From Microcystaceae cyanobacterium (lineage in GTDB: Bacteria; Cyanobacteriota; Cyanobacteriia; Cyanobacteriales; Microcystaceae), in assembly GCA_041746575.1 (NCBI GenBank), contig JBGTGT010000073.1:15119-79118 (forward strand): DNA of 64,000 bases. Reading direction: 5' to 3'. A program made the translations under genes and the position numbers. The notes under the pieces were generated by a model, which was given only the letters and a program-made list of their open reading frames with translations, searched no databases and was not told the origin of the DNA. Within the stretch, counting starts at the first letter, position 1; each line of letters starts with the position of its first letter. Shown here piece after piece: positions 30,627-40,946 of the stretch.

Positions 30627-30681
30627 GTTCCTTAAGTTATACTATCTATCACAAGCGTATCCGTCATCGGATCTCCCATAA

Positions 30682-31980
30682 ATGATTTTAGGGTTAATAA
30701 TTGGGTTATTATTGGGAGCGATCTTTTATTTTGGGCAACAGTATCGTTTAAAAAAAGAATTAGCAAAAACTCTGACATTTTCCCCGGATATTAGGGATTT
30801 AATGCCCACACTATCTGTTTCATCTTTAGTGTATCGGGAGATGTCTTATTTTAATAAATGGCGTCAACAACAAGAAAAAGCCCTAAATGACTGGCAAATG
30901 ATTGCCTCTCAAGCCCCTCTTGGTTTTTTATGGATAGATGCAGAAAATCGCCTACTATGGTGTAATCAAGCCGCTCAAATCCTCCTCCAGATTGATCGTT
31001 GGCAACCCCAAGAAATTCGTTTACTCTTAGAGTTAGTCCGCTCCTACGAATTAGATCAGTTGATTGAAGCGACTCGCTCTACTCAGCAAGCGCAACAACA
31101 AGAATGGATTTATTACCCTAAGACCTACCCTATCGAAACTCAAAACCAACAGAATTTATCCCAAAAACCAAAATCCACCGCCTTAAAAGGGTATGGACTG
31201 CCCCTCTCCTGCGGAGAAATCGGCATATTTATCGAAAATCGTCAACCTTTGCGAGAATTATCGCAATCTCGTGAACGAGCCTTAAGCGACCTCACTCATG
31301 AACTGCGAACCCCGTTAACAGCCATATCGCTACTGGCAGAAACCCTAGAAAAACGGTTAGGTCCCCCTGAATCTCGCTGGTCTGGTCAAATTTCCCAAGA
31401 AGTAAACCATTTAATGACGCTGATTCAAGAATGGCTCGATTTAAGTCAATTACAAGAAGATCCCAGTCAACACTTACACGTTGAACGCCTATCGTTACAA
31501 ATCCTAGTCACAGACGCTTGGACAACCCTCGAACCGCTTGCCCAGCAAAAAAAGATCACTCTCGCCTATCGAGAAACCGAACCCTGTGAACTAGAAGGCG
31601 ATCGCCTCCGCCTAACCCAAGTCTTCCTCAATCTCCTTGATAACAGTCTTAAGCATAGTCCCCAACCGGGAGAAATTCAGATTAACGTGTCCTATCAAGG
31701 GGAAAATGTGCAAATTGACTTGATTGATCAGGGATCTGGCTTTGCAGAGGTAGATTTGCCCCATGTTTTTGAGCGACTCTATCGCGGAGACGTGTCCCGT
31801 ACCCGCCGAACGTCAGAGAATGAACTCCGTTTTCGTCAAGGCAGTGGCTTGGGATTAGCGATCGTTCAACAAATTATTCAAGCACATCAAGGGTCAATTA
31901 TTGCTCAAAATCATCCTAAAACGGGGGGAGCTTGGTTACAAGTCCTTTTACCTAAAACCTATAATAGTACCAGAGTATAA
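30682..31980 (+). CDS. sphS: Phosphate sensor histidine kinase (SphS/PhoR)
   Basis: RLLLELVRSYELDQLIE, THELRTPLT, GSGLGL; sits between sphR and phoU. Confidence 0.85.
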   Translation: MILGLIIGLLLGAIFYFGQQYRLKKELAKTLTFSPDIRDLMPTLSVSSLVYREMSYFNKWRQQQEKALNDWQMIASQAPLGFLWIDAENRLLWCNQAAQILLQIDRWQPQEIRLLLELVRSYELDQLIEATRSTQQAQQQEWIYYPKTYPIETQNQQNLSQKPKSTALKGYGLPLSCGEIGIFIENRQPLRELSQSRERALSDLTHELRTPLTAISLLAETLEKRLGPPESRWSGQISQEVNHLMTLIQEWLDLSQLQEDPSQHLHVERLSLQILVTDAWTTLEPLAQQKKITLAYRETEPCELEGDRLRLTQVFLNLLDNSLKHSPQPGEIQINVSYQGENVQIDLIDQGSGFAEVDLPHVFERLYRGDVSRTRRTSENELRFRQGSGLGLAIVQQIIQAHQGSIIAQNHPKTGGAWLQVLLPKTYNSTRV

Positions 31981-32091
31981 ATAATAAGGGAAAAAAATTG
32001 AGGAAAACTTAATGCGCTGTTAATCTATTTCTAAAATTCTTAAGGTACGATCGATAAAAATAGAGCAATATATCTTTAATTTCAAATTAAT

Positions 32092-32760
32092 GTGAATCTT
32101 TCGGCTCATACAAAATTTACGGAACGCCGCTACTTTGAACGGTCTTTGAGACGGTTAGAACAAGATGTTCTCCGGATGGGAACATTGGTTGAGGAATCTT
32201 TTCGTCTTAGTCACCAATCTCTTTTTGAGCGGAATTTAGACGCCATTCCTCAAATTAAAACTTTAGACAAGGAAATTGACCGCTATTATCGGCAAATTGA
32301 ATTAGAATGCGCTACTTTAATGACGTTACAAGCTCCTGTTGCTCAAGACTTACGGTTGTTAAGTGCGTTTATGCAATTGGTGCGAGATTTAGAAAGGATT
32401 GGTGATTATGCCAAAGATTTGAGTGAAATTGCCCTTAAGCTTTTTCCCTATTCCCCTCATGACTGTTTAAACGAAATTGAGGTTATGTCTCGCCATACCC
32501 AATTGATGTTGGCGACCAGTTTAGTGGCCTTGGCTGACTTAGATGCTGAGGAAGGAAAACGGATTAAACGCTTAGATGATACAGTAGATGATCTCTACGA
32601 CCACCTCTATCAAGTCATCGCCTATCAACGAGATATTCCGGGGATTATTGAGCCAATGATCCTGCTTGCGCTTGTCATTCGCCACTTAGAAAGGATGGCT
32701 GACCATGCGACGAATATTGGTCAACGAGTGGCTTATATTGTGACAGGACATCGCGGATAA
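32092..32760 (+). CDS. phoU: Phosphate signalling complex protein PhoU (SphU)
   Basis: QAPVAQDLR, DLERIGDYA, LERMADHATNI. Confidence 0.95.
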   Translation: MNLSAHTKFTERRYFERSLRRLEQDVLRMGTLVEESFRLSHQSLFERNLDAIPQIKTLDKEIDRYYRQIELECATLMTLQAPVAQDLRLLSAFMQLVRDLERIGDYAKDLSEIALKLFPYSPHDCLNEIEVMSRHTQLMLATSLVALADLDAEEGKRIKRLDDTVDDLYDHLYQVIAYQRDIPGIIEPMILLALVIRHLERMADHATNIGQRVAYIVTGHRG

Positions 32761-32823
32761 TTTACATTACCCTAAAGCTGAATAGTGACGATTTGCCCGA
32801 AGAAGGAAATAGGTTGCCCGCCT

Positions 32824-32985
32824 ATTTCTCGGATTTATTTATTGGAAAGTTGATAGAGTACAATGCAACATAACGATTAAGTTTGAATCTCATTTCTCGG
32901 ATTTATTTATTGGAAAGTTGATAAAGGATAACGCAACATAACGGTTAAGTTTGAATCTCATTTCTCGGATTCATTTATTTGAAAA
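32824..32985. repeat. 68-bp tandem repeat, about 2.4 copies
   Basis: ATTTCTCGGATT starts at 32824, 32892 and 32960. Confidence 0.9.
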
Positions 32986-33004
32986 TTTAAAAAAAATGTC
33001 TTAG

Positions 33005-34330
<1,326 letters not shown>

Positions 34331-34337
34331 GAAGGTT

Positions 34338-34360
34338 GGGTGGGCTTAGCCCACCTTTTT
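34338..34360 (+). terminator. Probable intrinsic terminator after ahcY
   Basis: GGTGGGC-TTA-GCCCACC hairpin followed by a T-tract. Confidence 0.65.
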
Positions 34361-34407
34361 GATGATTTTGAATTTCTATTTTTGAAGTCAATTAATTCTT
34401 GCAATTT

Positions 34408-34989
34408 ATGCTAAGGCGAGCTTATCACTGGGTCGCTCAATGGAGTGAAACCCCCTACGGTAATTGGGCTTTATTTTGCTTTGCATTTGCCGAGTCTTCT
34501 TTTTTCCCGATTCCGCCCGATATTCTTCTGATGGCACTGTGTACTGGCAAACCGTCTAGTGCTTTTGAATTTGCCTTGATCTGTAGTCTTGGCTCTATTT
34601 TGGGAGGAATTGCGGGTTATGCAATGGGAATGTTTGCTTTTGCCACCATTGGTTTCCCTATTCTTTCTCATTATGACCCTAATCAAGTGATTTTTGAAAA
34701 AGTCAGACATCTCTATGAGACTTGGGGGTTTTGGGGGGTTCTAATGGCTGCAATTACGCCAATTCCCTACAAGGTTTTTACCATTGCTTCAGGGGTTTTT
34801 CGGTTTAATTTCTCGCAATTTGTCTTGGCTTCTGTTTTGGGGCGAAGTTTTCGTTTTTTCCTAGAAGGTGGCTTGATCTTTTGGGGGGGAGAACCCCTTA
34901 AAATCTGGATTGATACTTACTTTGATAAGTTAGCTTGGGCTTTCTTAGCGTTAGCAGGACTTGGCTTTGTACTTTTAAAGTTTTTGTAG
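34408..34989 (+). CDS. DedA/YqaA family (VTT domain) membrane protein
   Basis: AESSFFPIPPD, ITPIPYKVFTIASG, LGRSFRF. Confidence 0.88.
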   Translation: MLRRAYHWVAQWSETPYGNWALFCFAFAESSFFPIPPDILLMALCTGKPSSAFEFALICSLGSILGGIAGYAMGMFAFATIGFPILSHYDPNQVIFEKVRHLYETWGFWGVLMAAITPIPYKVFTIASGVFRFNFSQFVLASVLGRSFRFFLEGGLIFWGGEPLKIWIDTYFDKLAWAFLALAGLGFVLLKFL

Positions 34990-34999
34990 GTTAAATATT

Positions 35000-35623
35000 A
35001 TGGCAAAATTATCAGTTGAGTTACAACGCTATTTTTTTGAAGAAGAACGGTCTGCTGATGTCAAATTACAAGATATTCTTGCGCTCGCTGGGGAAAGAAT
35101 TTTTGGTTTTTTATTTGTGATTCTATCTTTTCCATCCGCTTTACCTGTTCCTGCACCGGGCTATTCTATTCCTTTTGGCATCTTAATGTTATTATTAGCA
35201 ATACAACTCATTTTAGGCTCAAAAACCCCGTGGTTGCCTGAAAAGATGATGAAGGGTTCAATGAAGTTAAAAACCGTTCAAGCTGTCCTTAAAAAAGGAT
35301 TACCTTGGTTACGCAAAATTGAAACCCTTAGTCGTCCGAGACTGAACTATGTTTGCACCAGTTTAACCGGACGAATTATTATTGGGATTGCCATTGCGCT
35401 GATGTCTATTTCCATGATGATTCCCATTCCTGGAACGAATACCTTACCGGCTATGGGAATTTTTATTACTGCTTTTGGTTTACAAGAAGATGATGGTTTT
35501 ATTAGTTTAATAGGATTGGTTGTGTGCTTAATTGCAGGGGCATTATCCACCTCAATTATTATAGCGGCGATTTGGGGCGGAACCAGTTTATTGGATCTGA
35601 TTAAAGAACAATTACAGAGATAA
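35000..35623 (+). CDS. exoD: ExoD-family exopolysaccharide synthesis protein
   Basis: FPSALPVPAPG, PIPGTNTLPA, EDDG. Confidence 0.85.
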   Translation: MAKLSVELQRYFFEEERSADVKLQDILALAGERIFGFLFVILSFPSALPVPAPGYSIPFGILMLLLAIQLILGSKTPWLPEKMMKGSMKLKTVQAVLKKGLPWLRKIETLSRPRLNYVCTSLTGRIIIGIAIALMSISMMIPIPGTNTLPAMGIFITAFGLQEDDGFISLIGLVVCLIAGALSTSIIIAAIWGGTSLLDLIKEQLQR

Positions 35624-35756
35624 ACTTAAAGGCGATCGCTCCTCTCCTATAAATAGGCAAAATACTAATCAATGTACGATAATGTTTATAGAGCTTTAGC
35701 TGAAAATTGAGCCTTAACTTGGCCCGCAGATTACACTTACTAGATAAACAACTGTA

Positions 35757-37661
35757 ATGCGTCTTCATCCCGATACTATTGAAGAAGTCAAGCAAAAGGT
35801 TGATATTGTGGATGTCATCTCTCAATATGTGGTACTGAAAAAACGCGGTCAAGATTTTTTAGGATTATGCCCTTTTCATACCGAAAAAACGCCTAGTTTT
35901 AGTGTCAGTCAAACCAAACAAATGTATTACTGCTTTGGATGCGGTGAAGGGGGGAATATTTTTAAATTTCTCATGGAAGTGGGGAAACAATCCTTTGCTG
36001 AAGTCGTGTTAGACTTAGCTAAAACGTATCAAGTTCCTCTTAAAACCCTTGATCCTGCCGACAAACAAACATTACAGCGTGAAATTTCCTTAAAAGAACA
36101 ACTTTACGAAATCTTAGCCGTCACAGCAAGTTTTTACAGCCATGCTCTTTATCAAAGTCAAGGAGAAATGGCTCTAAATTATCTCAGAAAGCAACGCCAC
36201 TTAAGCGATGATACTATTGCCCATTTTCAACTAGGGTACGCGCCAACGGGATGGGAAACCCTCTATCGTTATCTTATCGAACAAAAACGCTATCCTTTAG
36301 CATTAGTGGCAGAAGCAGGCTTAATTCGCCCCCGTAAGACGGGAAATGGCCATTACGACTATTTTCGAGATCGTTTAATGATCCCTATTTTAGATCCCCA
36401 AGGACGAGTGATTGGCTTTGGAAGCCGAACATTGGGGACAGATGAACCTAAGTATCTCAATTCTCCAGACACCCCTCTATTTAACAAAGGAAAAACCTTA
36501 TTTGCCCTCGATAAGGCGAAATCTGAGATTTCTAAACAAGATCAGGCGATTGTAGTGGAAGGGTATTTCGATGCTATTGCCTTGCATTGTCATGGATTCC
36601 CCCATGCCGTTGCCTCCTTAGGAACGGCTTTTACACAAGCTCAATTACGCTTATTATTGCGCTATAGTGAGTCAAAGCAGGTGATTTTTAACTTTGATGC
36701 TGATGCGGCTGGAACAAAAGCCACTCAAAGAGCGATCGCAGATATTGAACCGCTAGTTTATTCAGGACAAGTGCAATTACGGGTTTTAAATTTAAAGGAG
36801 GGAAAAGATGCAGATCAGTTTTTAAATTCAACGAAAGACAGCGCAGAACACTATCACAAACAACTAGAAAATGCACCATTATGGTTTGACTGGCAAATTC
36901 AACAATTACTAAACGATAAAGATTTAAAACAAGCAGACCAATTTTCACAGGTTTTTCAAGGGATGGTTAAGTTATTAAATCATCTTGAAGATAGCAATCA
37001 ACGTATTCATTATTTAAGTCATTGCGCAACTATTCTCAGTCAAGGCAACAGTCAATTAATTCCTTTACAATTAAATAGTTTACAAATCCAACTTAAGAAG
37101 CCTAAAGTTCAGCAATATCCCGCTAAAAAAGCAATCGCCAACTCGAATAATTCCGCTCATAATCCGGTTATTAAAGAACGAGAGAATTTGAATACCAATG
37201 AGACGGTATTATTGCAAATCTACTTACATTCACCTCAATATCGTCAAGAAATTATTGAGCAACTTGAAGAAAAAGAATTACTTTTTTGCTTAGAGCATCA
37301 TCGTTTACTATGGCAAGCGATTATCCGTGTACAAGAAGAAGACAAAACACCCGTAGATACTTTAAACAATTCACTCATTTCTCGATTACAGGATAGACTT
37401 TTGAGTGAATCCATCAACTTACAACCGTTTAACTCCTTTTTTCACCCAGATGAAAAAGAAATCGAAGATATGACCAATCCAGACTTACAAATTAAACAAA
37501 TTATCCTGAGATTAGAAAGAATTGCTCTAGATAAATACATCAGATATTGTTGTCAAAAATTAGAAGGGTTGGACTACAGCAAAGATTTTGATATTTGTCA
37601 ATATTACCAGCAAGAAGTTATTTCGGCAAAACAAAAACAGAAAAGACTAGGAATTCCTTAG
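35757..37661 (+). CDS. dnaG: DNA primase
   Basis: CPFH...CFGC zinc finger, KYLNSPDT, VEGYFD, FDADAAG (TOPRIM). Confidence 0.97.
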   Translation: MRLHPDTIEEVKQKVDIVDVISQYVVLKKRGQDFLGLCPFHTEKTPSFSVSQTKQMYYCFGCGEGGNIFKFLMEVGKQSFAEVVLDLAKTYQVPLKTLDPADKQTLQREISLKEQLYEILAVTASFYSHALYQSQGEMALNYLRKQRHLSDDTIAHFQLGYAPTGWETLYRYLIEQKRYPLALVAEAGLIRPRKTGNGHYDYFRDRLMIPILDPQGRVIGFGSRTLGTDEPKYLNSPDTPLFNKGKTLFALDKAKSEISKQDQAIVVEGYFDAIALHCHGFPHAVASLGTAFTQAQLRLLLRYSESKQVIFNFDADAAGTKATQRAIADIEPLVYSGQVQLRVLNLKEGKDADQFLNSTKDSAEHYHKQLENAPLWFDWQIQQLLNDKDLKQADQFSQVFQGMVKLLNHLEDSNQRIHYLSHCATILSQGNSQLIPLQLNSLQIQLKKPKVQQYPAKKAIANSNNSAHNPVIKERENLNTNETVLLQIYLHSPQYRQEIIEQLEEKELLFCLEHHRLLWQAIIRVQEEDKTPVDTLNNSLISRLQDRLLSESINLQPFNSFFHPDEKEIEDMTNPDLQIKQIILRLERIALDKYIRYCCQKLEGLDYSKDFDICQYYQQEVISAKQKQKRLGIP

Positions 37662-37772
37662 ATTTAGGCTCAATTAAGCAAATTTTCTCAATACTTTTGC
37701 TACTTATCTTTCTGCGGGCAATATCGAAAACCCATCTATCGATTTGACAATGAGATCGCTCAAGCACCCCAT

Positions 37773-37802
37773 TTTTATCTTAACTTAACTTCTTTTTAAA
37801 CT
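37773..37802 (+). promoter_or_regulatory. Candidate Pho box upstream of the porin
   Basis: TTTTATCT, CTTAACTT, TTTAAACT at 11-nt spacing (37773, 37784, 37795) versus the YTTAAYY(T/A) consensus. Confidence 0.4.
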
Positions 37803-37946
37803 TAATTAATGATGAAGTTAATGTCTTTTTTGCCAAAAAATGCGATAAACTATTGATTGATAGAAAACTCCTTTGTGTAAGGTTTAGTTTTCTTAGTGTA
37901 ATCTCAATCCATAATTAAGTAATTTAAAGGTGTGAGGATTGATCTG

Positions 37947-39716
37947 ATGTCAAAATCTAACTGGAATCTTTTAAAAGTTGCTCCTACAACGCTAGGGGTT
38001 GCTCTATTGTCGTCTCAATCCGTTTTTGCGGCACCGGCGACTGAACTGTCTAATTCGTTAGTTTTCCCCGAAACAGAGACCTTATTGGCTCAGGCAACCC
38101 CTGAGGTGGTCTCTAAGGATGAAGCGTTAAGTATTCTACAGCGTCGCAACGAAGCCAAACGTTTCAATGTAAGTTCAAATAGCTCAATGTCTCAAGTGAC
38201 GAGCGTTTCAGAGTTGCGGGACGTCGAGCCCACCGCTTGGGCGTATGAAGCCTTACGCAGTTTGGTAGAGCGTTACGGTTGTATTGTTGGTTATCCAGAC
38301 CGAACCTTTCGCGGCGATCGGGCTTTAACCCGTTGGGAATTTGCGGCCGGTTTGAACGCTTGTATGAACGTCATGGAGCGTTTAATTCAAGAAAACGCCT
38401 CAGTTTTCCAAGAAGATATCGATAAATTAAAACGCTTAGCCGAAGAATTCCAAACCGAATTAGCCGCCTTAGGGGCGCGGGTGGATAACCTTGAATCTCG
38501 TACCTCCTACCTCGAAGATCATCAATTTTCTACCACCACCAAGTTAAGTGCAACGGCAATTTTGGCAATAACGGACGCGTCCGGTGCATTTGCCCTCGAT
38601 AGTCGAGAACAGGATCAATTCGATCAAGGATTGAGAGGCCGAGGGACTTTGGCGGCAGCTGATCAAGCCGCTCTGTCTAATCGGGTTCGTCTGAACTTTG
38701 ATACCAGTTTCACCGGAACGGATCGCTTACGGACGCGCTTATCGGCGGGCAATGTTCCTAACTACAACAGCACAGGAACCGATATGGCACGGCTGGGTTG
38801 GGATTTAAACACTGATCAAGGCGTCATTATTGAAGATCTGTGGTATCGCTTCAGATTGGCAGGATTTACCGGCTTTGTCGGAACGGCAGGGTTAGACCTT
38901 GATGATGTCTTCGACGTGGCGAACCCCTATCTCGAAAGTAGTGATACCGGAGCTTTATCCCGCTTCAGTCGTCGTAATCCCTTAACCCTACGGGGGCCAG
39001 AAGGAGCAGGGGGTGCGCTTAAATACACCTTCGGAGGTTTCTATGTGGCTGGAACTTATCTGGCTGATGAGGGCGATGCGGGAGATCCTAGCGAAGGCGC
39101 GGGTTTATTTAACGGTTCTTTCAGTGCTGGGGCGCAAGTCGGCTTCAAAACCGATACTTTGAACATCAACGCCGTTTATCTGCATAGTTACTTTTCGGGT
39201 AGTCCGAACTATACAGGTTCTACGGGAAGCCGTCTTCTGGGTGTTAACCCCTTTGCCAATACGGGGGGTATCGTAAATAGTACCCGTGGCAGTCGGGATA
39301 GCTACGGCATTCAAGCATCTTGGCAGGTGCTAGATTTTGTTAATTTGGCAGGTTGGGGTGGTTACGCTTTAGCGACGGCACAGGATATCACGCAAGAAGG
39401 GACGGGTAACCGAGTGGGGGCTGACTACTGGACGTGGAATGCGGCCATCTCTTTCTTGGATGTCTTCAAAGAGGGGGCAGTGCTTAACCTCAATGGCGGT
39501 TTATTGCCTCGTGCGGCGCGGGTTGACCAAATAGCAGTCGGGGATTTTGTTGCCCAAGATCAAAATGCTTCCTACATCATTGAAGCGTCCTATGGCTATC
39601 CGATTTCCAAGAATATTTTGCTGACCCCTGGGGCTTATGTTATTCTTAACCCGGATCATAACAATAATAACCCGTCTATTTGGGTGGGGGTCTTACGGAC
39701 AACCTTCAAGTTCTAG
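37947..39716 (+). CDS. Cyanobacterial SLH-domain outer-membrane porin (OprB/Som family)
   Basis: QVTSVSELRDVEPTAWAYEAL, GYPDRTFRG, QFSTTTKL, C-terminal LRTTFKF. Confidence 0.93.
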   Translation: MSKSNWNLLKVAPTTLGVALLSSQSVFAAPATELSNSLVFPETETLLAQATPEVVSKDEALSILQRRNEAKRFNVSSNSSMSQVTSVSELRDVEPTAWAYEALRSLVERYGCIVGYPDRTFRGDRALTRWEFAAGLNACMNVMERLIQENASVFQEDIDKLKRLAEEFQTELAALGARVDNLESRTSYLEDHQFSTTTKLSATAILAITDASGAFALDSREQDQFDQGLRGRGTLAAADQAALSNRVRLNFDTSFTGTDRLRTRLSAGNVPNYNSTGTDMARLGWDLNTDQGVIIEDLWYRFRLAGFTGFVGTAGLDLDDVFDVANPYLESSDTGALSRFSRRNPLTLRGPEGAGGALKYTFGGFYVAGTYLADEGDAGDPSEGAGLFNGSFSAGAQVGFKTDTLNINAVYLHSYFSGSPNYTGSTGSRLLGVNPFANTGGIVNSTRGSRDSYGIQASWQVLDFVNLAGWGGYALATAQDITQEGTGNRVGADYWTWNAAISFLDVFKEGAVLNLNGGLLPRAARVDQIAVGDFVAQDQNASYIIEASYGYPISKNILLTPGAYVILNPDHNNNNPSIWVGVLRTTFKF

Positions 39717-39752
39717 AACGGACTTTGAGTGAAACCATGTAATGTATATGAT

Positions 39753-39792
39753 GAAAGGGGTATGGTTAAGACAATAACGACCCCTTTTTTTC
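39753..39792 (+). terminator. Probable terminator after the porin
   Basis: AAAGGGGT...ACCCCTTT stem followed by a T-tract. Confidence 0.55.
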
Positions 39793-39837
39793 ATGAGATT
39801 GTAAAATGAGTCCAGATATTTACTGAATCGGTTAATT

Positions 39838-40944
39838 ATGCGTATCGCTATTGTGGCACCGGGATTACATAGAGTCCAAAGAGGGGCAGAGGTCGCCCTA
39901 GAAGCAGTCGGACGCGAACTGGCTCAGATAGAGGGGGTTCAAGTCACGTTATTTGGCTCAGGGCAGGTTAGACAGGGTGAACCCTATCATTTTATTCCTG
40001 TGGGCAATATTCAGCGGGAACGATTTGAGAAATGGCCGCAACTCCCGTTGTTTCGGAATGAATACGTGTATGAGGAGTTTACATTTATCCTCGGACTCAT
40101 CCGTCGCTATCAGCCTGAGAATTTTGATGTCACTCTGACCTGTAGCTATCCTTTTACAAATTGGTGGCTACGCAAAGGACAAAATCGCCCTTCTCATGTC
40201 TTTGTTACTCAAAATGGGGATCATCCCGCTCAAAGCGATCGCAGTGAATACGCATGGTTTGGTTGTGAAGGTTTAATTTGCACGAATCAAGAGTATTTTG
40301 AGCGAAATAAGTCCCGATGGTTATCCTGTTTAATTACCAATGGGGTGAATCCAGACCGCTTTTTTCCGCAAACCGCTAATCGCCAAGATTTTAATTTACC
40401 CGAAGAGGGAAAGATTGTCTTAATGGTGAGTGCCTTAAATTCCTCTAAACGGGTTTTAGCGGGGGTTCAGGCTGTTTCTCGGTTGCCTGATGTCCATTTG
40501 GTGGTTTGTGGAGATGGGCCAGAACGGAGTCAGGTTAATGAATTGGGACAACAATTGATGCCCGGACGATTGCACTTGATGCAGTTATCCTATCAGCAGA
40601 TGCCGAATATTTACCGAGTGGCAGATGTTTTTCTGCACATGAGTATGGATGAACCCTTTGGCAATGTTTATCTAGAAGCGTTAGCCACGGGTTTGCCGAT
40701 TGTTGCTCATGATAATAGCGTCAGTCGTTGGATTTTAGAGGATACAAGCATTTTAGTCGATACAACGGATATTAATCAGACCGTTCAAGGGATCAAGGAA
40801 GCAATGCAAGCGAAATCCCCTGAGGCGATCGCTGATCGTCGAGCTTTAATTGAACGACGGTTCACTTGGCAGGCAGTAGGACAACAATATTATCAGTTCT
40901 TACAAAAGGTATGGCAGGGGATCAAAAAGGAGGGCAAATCTTAA
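39838..40944 (+). CDS. Glycosyltransferase family 4 protein
   Basis: GAEVA near the N-terminus, CGDGPER, EPFGNVYLEALATGLP. Confidence 0.9.
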   Translation: MRIAIVAPGLHRVQRGAEVALEAVGRELAQIEGVQVTLFGSGQVRQGEPYHFIPVGNIQRERFEKWPQLPLFRNEYVYEEFTFILGLIRRYQPENFDVTLTCSYPFTNWWLRKGQNRPSHVFVTQNGDHPAQSDRSEYAWFGCEGLICTNQEYFERNKSRWLSCLITNGVNPDRFFPQTANRQDFNLPEEGKIVLMVSALNSSKRVLAGVQAVSRLPDVHLVVCGDGPERSQVNELGQQLMPGRLHLMQLSYQQMPNIYRVADVFLHMSMDEPFGNVYLEALATGLPIVAHDNSVSRWILEDTSILVDTTDINQTVQGIKEAMQAKSPEAIADRRALIERRFTWQAVGQQYYQFLQKVWQGIKKEGKS

Positions 40945-40946
40945 TC

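Noticed and set aside
32813..32985. Bona fide CRISPR array
   Set aside because: Only about 2.4 units, the two spacers are 26/31 identical and no cas genes are nearby; kept only as a low-interest finding
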